A stretch of DNA of 64,000 bases from Trichoplax adhaerens (lineage: Eukaryota > Animalia > Placozoa). The translations under genes were made by a program, and so were the position numbers. The stretch covers positions 224,966 through 288,965 of the forward strand of contig NW_002060958.1 in assembly GCF_000150275.1 (NCBI RefSeq), read 5' to 3'. This document shows, one piece after another, positions 11,486 through 23,400 of the stretch (positions are counted from its first letter, which is position 1; every line of letters begins with the position of its first letter). Under the pieces are notes generated by a model, which ran no database searches, was not told where the DNA came from, and worked only from the letters and a program-made list of their open reading frames with translations.

Positions 11486-14400
11486 ATGGCTGCAACAGCC
11501 TCGTATGCCTTATATATTTTAGACGAAGAGAATAGGTAAAGAAAAGTCCCAGTTGCAGCTGGAATTGCTATTCTATGATAGAAATAACAAGTTATTTTAC
11601 ACTCTGTATGAGTGATGGATAGTGTAGTTTACTTAGGACTGCTATAGCAGCCCATGTAGATGGTGTGATGATGTACGTTGACATAAAGACTATTTTCTTG
11701 GTTGTTTTGTAGTAGTTTAACCAAGTTGCTAACATCGTTGGACGACGAAAGTGAATCACAACTACGCCAATATGTAGAAAGACAACTTAAAAGACTCCTT
11801 TCTCAAAGTGGATTTGTTATTACTACGCAATTAAGGTAACACTAGCCTAATAAGATTGGGCTTGAAAATGGATAGAAAAATACTTTCAAATTCATACAGT
11901 CTATCTATTTGAAAATCACCATGACGACTCCTATGCTTACCTCAGGGAATCATCACCTACTTCCATGTGCTACTTGTCTCTACTCGATAGCAAAGAAATA
12001 GCTTGCAAGTAAGTCTTGGAAATGATCTTATTGAAATTAACGTTAACGGTAGCCATAATAACTAGACTGCAGTATGGAATAATGATTATAATGATCATCC
12101 AATTGAGGCTATTCATGACACTGCTGATATTAATATCCAATTTTTGCCTTTTTACATTAGACAGAAATTTATAATCTGCTTTATTGACAACGACGATGAA
12201 AAGCACTTGGATTCATATCTATTCAATTATATTCATATGAGTAACGTTATTTAGGATATAATCGTACATCATACAATTGAGCTGGTTTGCTGTTTAAGGT
12301 AGATGCAATGTGGATGCACAATCGTAGGTTCATTTTACTATCAGTGTAAACGATAGAATCTGAGTTCACCAAAAATGGATAATGTTTGTTAGTAACGTAG
12401 ATACAATTAATGTTGATCTTAATGTAGACGTACATTTGCCTCAGTAGCATTGTAAAGGATATGATCTCAGTGCTAGAATTGATCAAGTTTGCTATGAAAA
12501 GTAGATGCAATAGTGATATTGATGGTAATATATCTACGTGTACATTCAATTTAGAAGCATTGTAAAGGATCGACGTTCACAGAATTAATCGAGCTTGTTA
12601 TATAATGTCGATGCAATATTGATATTCATGTAGAATTCATTTCAGTGGCATGATACAGGACATAATTGCTACTCATACAATAGATCAAATTTTGCTTTAT
12701 AATATGGATGGAGTTGATGCAAATTCACCTACTCGTATACATTCATTTCAGTAGCATTATAATGGATATGATCACAGTTCACAAAATTAATCTTATTTGC
12801 TCAAATAACGTCGATACATATTTGATATTAAACTTGACGTATATTGTTTTCAGTAAAATTGTAAAAGATATCGCAGTTCACAGAATTGATCAAGTTTGCC
12901 TTATTACGTAGATGCATTATTTGATGTTAATATGGATGTATAGAACATTCATTTCAGTAGTACTAGTGCAAACTCCCGTCGCTTTGCTGTACATTCGTTC
13001 TAGTAGCCTTATCAAGTACTTGATCATCATTGCTATAATTGATTGGCCAAAGACTGCTATATAAAGTAGATGTAGTGTTGTTATTGAAAAAATCTAAAAA
13101 AGGGGTAGAAAGTAAAGCTCTAAACAGATTCGGCTTTGTATTACTTTGGATTACCATGTAAGCTACGGGTATAAACCTTAACCAATACGCAAATTCAGAA
13201 CTGAGTTGGACGCTTACGTTAAGACTCTAACGGCTAGTCTGGCCAATTTCGTAAGTATAATCAAGCATTCGTCTTACTTTTTCGTGTATTAGTGCAGTTT
13301 ATACGTATATGTAGACATAAACAGCTTTCGAATGTGTTCGAACGTACATACAAATCATTTATTAATAATTCTTAAGAGTAATTTCTTGCTACTATGGACT
13401 CTTTTTGTATGAATCGATTAACCCTTCAGTAATAAACCTTAATTATGCTATTTAAAATTTCTATTTACAAACTTACGCAGGATGCTGACAGTAAGATATT
13501 ATCCGAAGATACTGTGAATATATTAGAGTTATGGTATACGGAGTGTGTAAGTTTTTTTGAATACAGCAATGCAAAATTACCATGTATCCACTGTGTTGAT
13601 TCGTACCTATATATTTATCGTAAACGGTGTAAATAATATTTACCAATTATGCCCAATAACATGCTCTAGATACATTACATTAATCGCTGCACGAAAGTAT
13701 TTGGTAAAGATTTAGCTCTTTTAATTCATGCAGTAAGTATTCTTTATCTATGGATATCAATCCTACGTAATTTTTGCTATATCGAAAAGCTCCAGGTTAA
13801 CATTATGTAACTTATGCTAGGCCCTCTTTAATACTTCCATCAATGTCAATATATCTGCAGAAACTAATGACAACCGCCAATTATCAACAGATATTAAACG
13901 GTTTGTATATGCTGCTATTAGGAAATAATTTAATCAATGGTGTCATTTTGCTACTTGACTTCAACTATCATACATATGCGCTTAGACTGATTATCTAGCA
14001 GTAGTTCTGAAGCCAACAATTTTAAGACGTAAGACAAAAAATTTAGCCTTACTTTTAACCCATAGGTTCTTAATGGCTGGCAGTCTCACCAGATTAATTT
14101 CTAATGATAATGTAAGTAATAGAAAGTAAAACATTTGAAAACAATTAAAGGGTATTAATCCACATCAAGACATTTCTTCTGTAAATATGACAGCATTACT
14201 ATTTACGACTACTCCAAGGTACAAGAAAATTTAACTAAAAGTAGTGACACTAAGGAACTATTTAATAGTAAAGTCTTAGATCTGAACATTGATGAATCTG
14301 GTTATGAATTTAGCTCCAAGGGTTAGTACTTCATAAGCGAAGACGATATAAAATTATCTTGATTAATTATGCGAGCTTACACAAAGTATTAATACGTACA

Positions 14401-15183
14401 TTTAGTGGGTGTAAAGTTTTATTTTTGCAAGTAATATTCATGTCTTTAAGCTTGTATAATTTACCAGTCTTAATTTTACAATTAAGTAATAAATCATGAC
14501 TATTTGCAATGGTAGATGTTAATGCCTCATGTACAAAATGGACAGAAATCATGCTGAAAGACGAATCCAGTTCTTCATTTGCTTTAAGGCAAATTTTAGA
14601 AGATATGAAGCTTAAGGTTAACTACAGTTTATTAAACGTCATTTCTTAATTCAACAACCGTTTCGTATTTTGCCTAAGAACATCTCATGAGTATAGCGTA
14701 ATCACATTTACGACGGTATCTGTAATACTGATGCCTGTGTTATTTATATCGCAGCAAATTCATTAGTTATACTAATGGTACTAATGGTAATTGTTTCATA
14801 GACTGTACAAGAAATGAACCTTTTAAAACGCATAGTTACACAAGCGCAACGCAGTTATTATGATTTATTCAGGTACGATAGGCGAGTTTAACTAACACAC
14901 TGAAAATGATGCTATGTTCACAAACTTGGTCATTCTTAACAGACGCTTACCATCTTCAAGCTACATTTTAAGATTAAAAATTAAATAACCGGAAGACCCA
15001 CAAACAACGATTTTGTTTTGATTTCATTTTAGGGCTTACAAATTTTTAATCAAATGTGGTAATGCCGATGTTATCATGAAACATTTATATAATGGTTTAG
15101 CAAATGATAGTGATGAAAATATTGAAGATATCATTACTCTACTCCATGAAGCATACATAAATAGGGAACCTTGTGAATTGTAA
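11486..15183 (+). CDS. C17orf75: Protein Njmu-R1 / C17orf75 orthologue (WDR11-FAM91A1 complex subunit), ~342 aa, 13 exons
   Basis: Exons: 11486-11535, 11713-11835, 11946-12008, 12161-12214, 13193-13250, 13481-13546, 13670-13732, 13821-13900, 14066-14111, 14219-14321, 14516-14616, 14802-14872, 15033-15183 (1029 nt, in frame). The motifs FIICFIDNDDEKHLDSFRTELDAYV, LALLIHAALF, DIKRFL and FALRQILEDMKLKTVQEMNLLKRIVTQAQRSYYDLFRAYKFLIKCGNADVIMK match my recollection of human Njmu-R1 (YVVCFLGGSEKGLELFRLELDKYI, LTFLLHAALS, DINRFL, FLFRQVLENFKLKAIQDTNNLKRFIRQAEMNHYALFKCYMFLKNCGSGDILLK). The exon 4/5 junction needs a non-canonical intron. Confidence 0.88.
12215..13192 (+). other. Putative U12-type (minor spliceosome) intron with AT-AA termini in Njmu-R1
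   Basis: 5' end ATATCTATT (U12 consensus RTATCCTTT). CCTTAAC branch-point consensus at 13176-13182, 10 nt before the proposed end (...ACGCAA). No polypyrimidine tract. This join restores HLDS|FRTELD in frame. Confidence 0.7.
12290..12960. repeat. Degenerate tandem repeat (~90-110 bp, ~7 units) inside Njmu-R1 intron 4
   Basis: CAGTAGCATTGTAAAGGAT...CACAGAATTGATCAAGTTTGC...TAGATGCAAT blocks near 12340, 12440, 12550, 12645, 12750, 12850, 12955. Confidence 0.78.
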
Positions 15184-17436
15184 CGAAGAGAATTTTATTC
15201 TATGTTATAACATGATATTTTAATGAATACCATACAAAGATTATTTTATTTAGCCAATAGCGATGTTTTAGTCAAGATAGATAGGGAAATAAACTATTTC
15301 AATTTAGTGAGTCGTGTAAGGCATAAGTAAGCAGGAACGAGCGTTTGTTTATTCTATAATCTGATACATTTATTGGTCTTAAATACAATACATAAATATG
15401 ATGTTACATGTAAATTTACATCATTAGAATTATGACTTACAATATTGTATTTATTGCATATATTTTGATAAAAATTTTAATGGAGGCGACGTAGCAGCAG
15501 TTATTTTAAAAACTTATACAGTTATCATCTCTAACCAATTTCAATTTCTTCCAGCAAAATAAAGAAGTTTAGTGATTAATTGCATTCCGAACAATTGCGT
15601 TAATTGGACTTATTGATAATGCCTTTAGCTGTTAAGATTTGACAAGAAATACAAATTGAGGTAGATACTTGAGCTAATAATTTCGCAAAACACTCGCATA
15701 TGTGATATATAAGTGCATACTGTGCTCTTGGACATATTTCTATCCAGATAATCAATCACTGCATTTCACGTTACTAGTTTTATACGAGTATAATTCGGAA
15801 TATTAATTATTTAAATTTTATAGTAAAATTAATAGCTTGCACATTGATAAGCATATTTATTCGTATTAAATTTTTCAAATCTTGTACTTTAATCTCGTAC
15901 AGTATGATTCTAACCCCAGAAGGAAGTGTAGTTTTAATAAGTTTTTTATCTGTTTACTTATTCATTACATTAGCAGATTAAAGCAACTTATAGATGCTAT
16001 CATCATATTTTAGTCATGGAATTAACGATAGAATACAGTGACAACTTGATAAAGCAAACTACAATCTCAAATTTTCATAGGCGTACTAGCTTCTATTTCA
16101 TAGTGGATTTCTTCCCACTAGTTTACTTCCAAAAGTAGAATTTAGTCATCTTGCATACAGATTAGTGTATGTCTATGACACCTAATAGAATAGCAATAAC
16201 TTAAATTTTACGCAGACTGACTGACTTTTGCGTAAAGTAAATACGTGCAACTTTTCGCATGAAAGTGCTCACATTCAATTCTATAACCAGTTTATATAGC
16301 ATTCATTTAATGATATTAGTCTGCTCAACTTTTCCATATTTAAGTAATGAAATGGAAGGTAATGATAAATGTAGCTACTGGAATAACGGAATCACATCTA
16401 AAATTATAGTCGTATAATAACATCTAAACATACTAAATTAAAACAACAAGAAAAAATCGTTCATTTAGCCATTAACATACTTGATTTGACGGCGGATATA
16501 TCAGTAATAAAATGACATATTTTGTTATAACGAATAATAAGAAATTGTAGCTAAAAGTAATCACAAAATTCCGCCAGATAATCGTAATAACGCAAATAAA
16601 CTGTAGAAATTTCAATAATAGGATACGAAAATCTGGCAAATATCCTGGTAGGTTAAATGATTAGTAAATTAAGTTCCATAGTAAAACAAATCATCGCAAT
16701 CGCTAAAATCAATCTAAAATGGACATACAATCTTAACTTCAATTACAGAGATGTTGATATCGTTGATTTAATGTAATAATAAGTACTGTTGATTACTATA
16801 ATTATGGATAATGAAACACTTGATATAATCTTAGTTTCGAATAATTATAACCGAAGTTACACAATCATTTCAAATTAAACCACAATTCTAAAATTTAAGC
16901 GGCTAAAAATTTTAAATAATATTTATTGCACCGTAACTAAAAGCTACTACTCATAAAATTCTTATGTTTGTTTACGTACTTAATACTGTATATCATTTGA
17001 CTAATATGAGGTATGGCATTTTTTTATAGCTCATACAGCCACCTGCTTTAAATACTTTCAGTAAATTAAAAAAACTATCTAATTCAAATATTTGAATGCA
17101 ATCTCTATCTAAAAATGTCATACCAGTAAGATCTACAAAATAAAATGCGACATAGATACGACAAAGTAGGAAAGACTGTCTAACAATTGCTTCAATTTCT
17201 GAAAAATTCTAATGAAATTGTAGATAGTTGCCGTCGTTGTTACTTTCATTTCCATTCTAAAAGCAACAAAGCAAGAGGTTAGATACTTAATCTCCAATTA
17301 AAAAAATGAAAAGGTATTAAAATATCATGCAATAGTTTACGAGTTGTTGGGTCAGTCATTTAACAGTTCATGTTTAGTCTCTTTAAAATTAAAAAAGTTC
17401 AGTCGAAGTTTTATCATGTATGTCGTAGAAAATCAC

Positions 17437-20400
17437 CTAATCTTCACGTACGTCTTCCTCTTCTTCTTCACGTTCTCGTCGTTCTTCTTCTTCTTCTTCT
17501 TCACGTTCTCGTCGTTCTTCTTCTTCTTCTTCTTCACGTTCTTGTCGTTCTTCTTCTTCTTCTTCTTCACGTTCTTGTCGTTCTTCTTCTTCTTCTTCTT
17601 CACGTTCTTGTCGTTCTTCTTCTTCTTCTTCTTCACGTTCTTGTCGTTCTTCTTCTTCTTCTTCTTCACGTTCTCTATACATGATAATAATAACAATTTA
17701 TAAAAATGATTTAATAAAGTAGTTACTCTTCCATTACTTTTGGCATATTTTATCACTTACTCATCAGCTCTGGCTTCAACTTCTACCTCTGCAGTTGCCT
17801 CAATCTCTTCATCATGATCCTGAAGCAATTACAATTACCCAATTTTTATTATTATTTGCAATTCTAGGGTACAATCTGTTGTTACTGATATCAAATTGAC
17901 TAGGAATTTTTATATGCTTCATTGTGTATTACCTCGTCTTCATGATTATCATCAGCATGGCTAGGAAACCGAAATAACAGAATAGGACAAATATATAAGT
18001 ATTATAACAAAAATTACAACAACAAATATTCCAATGATAATTTCATTACCCATCTGCAGACCCTTCTGGCTCTGCTTTCACTGGACTTTGACGGTACATC
18101 TCGTCCACTTCCACTACGCAGTCAGACGATATGTAGCCTTCCTTAGTGATACAGAAACGTTGAAGTTCACTAGGTGTTTGTAAATAGAATCCCTGTCCAT
18201 TTCTTGAAACAATTGCAGATCGTTTTGCAATAGCATTATCTTTTCCAATACAATTTATACGAGCCACTAAGCGTAAATCAGGGACGGTATACATAACCAG
18301 TTCTCCACGATTTGTTAAGCATCCTAATAAACCTGGGGCATTATCTGCAAATCAATTTAAAACATCAAGATTATTCGCTATACCAGGTATTGTAGCTGAA
18401 GGCAAATACTAGATTCAAATTTACCTCTGACTCTAATTAAACCGCTTTTAGCGACACGGGAACCATCAATAACAGTGAGTTTTTCCTTATTACGGAATTT
18501 AAATGATGGCAACGAATAGACCTACATTTGCACGAAGATGAATTATTTATTACCTTATTAATTCCTTGGTTTAGAACGTATAACAATATTTATTGATATC
18601 AATGTAATGACAATACCTTAATTTGCTCTTCCGAAACAATAACAGCATAATGCGCTCCATTCGAAGCGGGCTCTAAGTTTAATAAGAGGAGAAACATAAA
18701 CATGGTTAAACCAATTTGGGAAAGCTTACAATTGCAATAATATCAATCATAAATTATTAATAGAGCAATATCAGTACTTTTAGCTTTTCCAAATTCGACT
18801 TCAAAAGGTTCAGGCAATATACTTCCCTTGGTATCAGCAATTAAGACATCAACAATTGGTGCTCTATGCTCTAGTTGAATAATCTTAGCTGTTTCGATAT
18901 TAAAAATAAAACAATACGTTTGGTAAAACAATTGTTCCAAAATAACTACTACAATCAACGCTGATTTTCAGGTTAAAATAATGCTAACCTTCCTGAACTT
19001 TAACTTTTTCTGATGATCTAGCTTCTTTATCGGGCAAAGTAATATGATCAACAAAAACTGAACCTAAATTTGTTCCAGCCCACAATGTTGGCCCATGAGT
19101 GTAACCTTCGCGAATCAATGTATTGGCAAAGTACAACGAACGCACAAGAGAGCCGGACGCCTCTTCTCTAGGTTCGATTCTTCGTGATCCAGTTGTTTCA
19201 ACGTCACCAGATTTTTTGGGAGTGTTACCACCAGCTCCACCACGGCGACGGAAAGAACTTCGAGCACGACGTACAGAATTTCTCATCGACCTTCTGAATG
19301 ATTTTGAGCGGTTGAATGGGTTGATTGCGCTGTCTTTTTCTATAATAACCATATAAATAGATGCATTTTCAATTTTTATAGTTATCGTACTAATGCTATC
19401 TTATCTTTAATTAAGTTACAATACTGTACTAATTTAATTATTTATTAACCGTAAATTCCATAAGTCCATCTCTTCCAGACTGATGATCCATTGTTATAAT
19501 CAAACATTCCATATCCTTGTCCACAACCTACAGCAATTCTAGTGAATGTATAATTTGCGTTAAAGCGTAGTGAAAAAAATATTTACGCCAATCTAGATTA
19601 GCTAGCTACTTTAAACATTAAAAACCATTAGATTAAAACTTACAATTCCCATTCGGTATGAACTGCTAGGGCTGTCACTGCATCTGGAGGATATAGCTGA
19701 GCCCAGTGAGTAGCTTGAAAACCTGGTTGCATAGTGATGCTTTCTTTTCTACTCATCAGTTGTTCCATACCACCCCAACGGAATTCTTGGTCATCCGGTA
19801 AATCAATACGGATCGGCTATTGTTTAATGATACAACAAATAGTGAAAATTGAATAATTTCAATTAAGCCATCGATAAGGTATTGTTTATGCAGTATGCAA
19901 TTATTAGTTAAATTGATTACGATTCATTTTATTACTTTATAAAATTTTAAATAAAATTACATGTTACCTCAAGTTCACGTTCTGTTGCTTCTTCTGATAA
20001 TTCAAATACTAAAACTTGGCCACCAGCTCCAGCTGCAACCAACGTATTACGGAATGTACATAAATGCAAATGAAGAATAGCGAGACGTGCATCATCGCTA
20101 AAAGGATCATAGCTTCCAACTTTCCTGAATGGCGGCCAATTATCTTCTTCTTCATTTTTGTCACCGTCTTCTTCATCACCTTCGGTAATGAAGTACGAAG
20201 ATGTCGACAGAGTATACAATAATTGCAATGAAGTATTGCTAACATCCCAAAATCTAATTGAGCCATCTTGATGACCAGTTAGTAGAAGTTCCGATCTATT
20301 ACTATCACTATTCATAGCTTGGCCACCGTCAATTGGCCAAGGACAATCGGAATATTCATTCTTGCATTGCAGAGTCCCAGCGGAGCGAATCTTTTCAAGC

Positions 20401-23400
20401 AATTCTTGCGGACAATCAGATATATGGGCAGAAGTAGTAATTGGCGTGACATGCGGACTGGAAAGGTACGGCTTTTGGAATAACGGAAAACTTTCATGAT
20501 AGAGATCTATCATTACCAATTCTTCTTCCAACAAAATGACAACAGCCCTAGTATCTTGATTTTCTGATAATATCGATTGGATAAAATGAATTTTAAGAAA
20601 CAGTCATTAACTTTAGTGGCGCAATACTAGGAAAGAAATTCATTATTTTTGCGGATACCTTCACTGGCATTATCCCCGTAGAAAGGTATGAAATCGCATA
20701 CTGGAGAAGTAAAATCAAAGACGATATGCTTTTTGCCTTGCATAACAGTAACACAATGACGGTCACCATGACTTGCACGTGCCATACCACCAGAGAAGAT
20801 GATGTATGGATCACTAAAATTGATTAATTAAGTCATTAAAATGCGTGCATTCGGTGTCGGTAAGTATGAATACATTTAGCACATTACTACAAATGCTCCT
20901 GAAATCTACCTATCAGAAGTTGCCCAAGCAATTTTATTGATAGCTTTGCAGGGAAATGGTCCATAAGGGGTCGATGGAGGATGTTCTGGATTAGCAGGGT
21001 CGTTAACATTCCATACCGCGAAACTGCCATCATTGTGAGCTGAGATAAATTGTGTGCCACTTTTATGCCAACACAAAGATTCCAATTCCTGCATAATGAA
21101 TAACTATGGTAAAATCTGTGGTAGAATAATGGTAAAATTTTCATGGAGTATTTACCAAGGTTCCCATGTAAACATGGACAACTTCTTTTCCAGCAAGGTC
21201 ATACAATGCAACAAAGCCACGATTATACCCAACAAGGAGCTATAATATTCAAAAATACAGCAATATGAATAAAGCTATAGGCTACATCCGATACTTCCAA
21301 ATAAAGTCACTCGATTTTGGAACCAATTGTATATATCATATATATGTATAAATTAATATAATTTTAGTAAGTTACCTGATTGCTATCAGATGGATTTTGA
21401 GTGATAGATTCAATAGGACCAGGGTTGACTTTATTATCATCAGATACACTACAACAAAGAGCAAATAACAAATAGAATGTTACCAATTTTAAATAATCTA
21501 CTATTAACATAATCTAATACGATTATAACAATTATAATAATCAATAATATCATTGATTATTACTTTTGCAATACAGCATCTTGGTGAATAAGTGGATCTT
21601 CAACTAACGTAAGTTCGGCAACATCAAAGTCATAGATATTACCAGCATCAGTGCCGATGTACAAATGCTTAGCATCTTCATCTAAACAGCAAGCCGAGAT
21701 TCTCTTTAACCTACTAAATACGTGCAAACAATTTTTTAATAATCCTATTCGGACAAAATAAAACAACACCAAATATCTATGCACTTCAATATCATAATAA
21801 GTAGCAATAGCGAATGTATTATCAACAGCATGAAATTATACTAGGTGGTAAAAGTTCTAAAATTTGAGTTAGGTTATATTAGAATAAATTACTACTACTG
21901 GATCTAATTAATTATAAAATTAACATACTTTCCGTCTAAAAGGTATCTCTTCGTTTCTCCTAATTGTGATACTTGATTTTCGGTATTTATTTCCCACATG
22001 CATATCATATTATCTTCACCAATACTGATTATACGTCCCTGGTAACAATCATGCAATACAACACTTTTATCATCCAGTACATAACTGGAAAAAATATTCT
22101 AGAATAAATATGATCGATGCTATAATATTGATTCAGAAATGTAAACGTCATATCATTTAATAGTATCAAATAATTCGATCTTTTCCTATTATTTAAAATT
22201 AATTGTTGATAGCAAAAATGGAGTTAATGACGTTTTACAGATATTTACGGGTACAAAGTACAAATTATAACTCATTCTTAGTAAAGTCAATCTGTATCAT
22301 GTCTGTCAGTTATATTAAGTAAATTGAATACATCTTTTACATCGTTCACTATTCAAGTTTCGGATATACAACATTTTCAATTAATCGACTCTTGAATAAC
22401 GTCTGTTACGCTATAGCTCAACTACTGTAAATTGGATAGTGCATAACATAAAATAGTTTTTATCATGAATATATAACGAATCTTAAACTAAAGCTTTTCG
22501 CTAGCGTACACCCCAAAATGTCAAATCGACTTTTAAAGTACATAACTTTTCCTTCATTCCATTATATTAACAGTTAATACCTTCAGTATTTTAGATATAT
22601 CAGTATCATATTATCTATTAGGAGCCATCGATAATCAATCGACGATTGATAAAACACTAAATTGTGATAGGGTTATGATCACCGCAGATATTTACTTTAT
22701 CCATGATAATTATTTTCGTAGCTTGTAACAAAGGTTAAGTGATGTTTAGCAACGTTGTACAAGTTGATAGCACGGCATAATATTAACATCCTTCATAATA
22801 TAATATGAAAGAATTAACAATGATAACAACAGTAAATTACATTGAGAGGATTAAAGAATCCAAAAGTAAAAGAATCACAAAAAAACAGTGGACAATGAAT
22901 GGACTAAAATTTTTAACATAAAATTAAAATACTATATAAAGATCAGAAACCTACACCATTGGGTCTTCCAAATTCATGTAGGTCTCTGATGTATGTGTAT
23001 GACGATGAATATCTATTGTAGAGCTATACTGCAGTCAGTTTGAACAAGTAGCTTTCTAAATAGTTTCATTGTAATATACGTAGAACTGTATTTCACGTAT
23101 ATAGACTAGTACCGAATATCGGTTTAACCCTACTTGTCTCTATGGAAAAAATATTACATTATTTCATCACCAATTACTGTAATTACAGGGAGTGCAGTAC
23201 CTTCGCTGATATTGGTCATTGCTCAAGTCTAATCGTAGAATTATTCATCATAGAAATAAACTGTCATTTGTATTAAGCATGCTATCGAAAAGAATTTCTT
23301 ATTATTACTAACTAGCGAAACACGTAGAAATTCCACGGAATAAAGGCTAATTTTACGTTATTATAGACAGTTAAAATCGGTAGGGGAACCCCTGAAAATT

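Noticed and set aside
13128-13157. AG/GT-bounded 30-nt segment (IRLCITLDYH) as an Njmu-R1 exon
   Set aside because: It leaves only 35-41 nt to the next exon, is out of phase with its neighbours and has no counterpart in the remembered orthologue.
17344-17756. Poly-F, poly-L and poly-K ORFs
   Set aside because: These are alternative frames or the opposite strand of the 33-bp minisatellite; only the Glu-rich frame is in phase with Lgl.
20600-20658. Lgl intron 9 donor GTATCCGC as a third U12 intron
   Set aside because: It diverges at +7/+8 and has no CCTTAAC-like branch site close to the acceptor; treated as U2-type.
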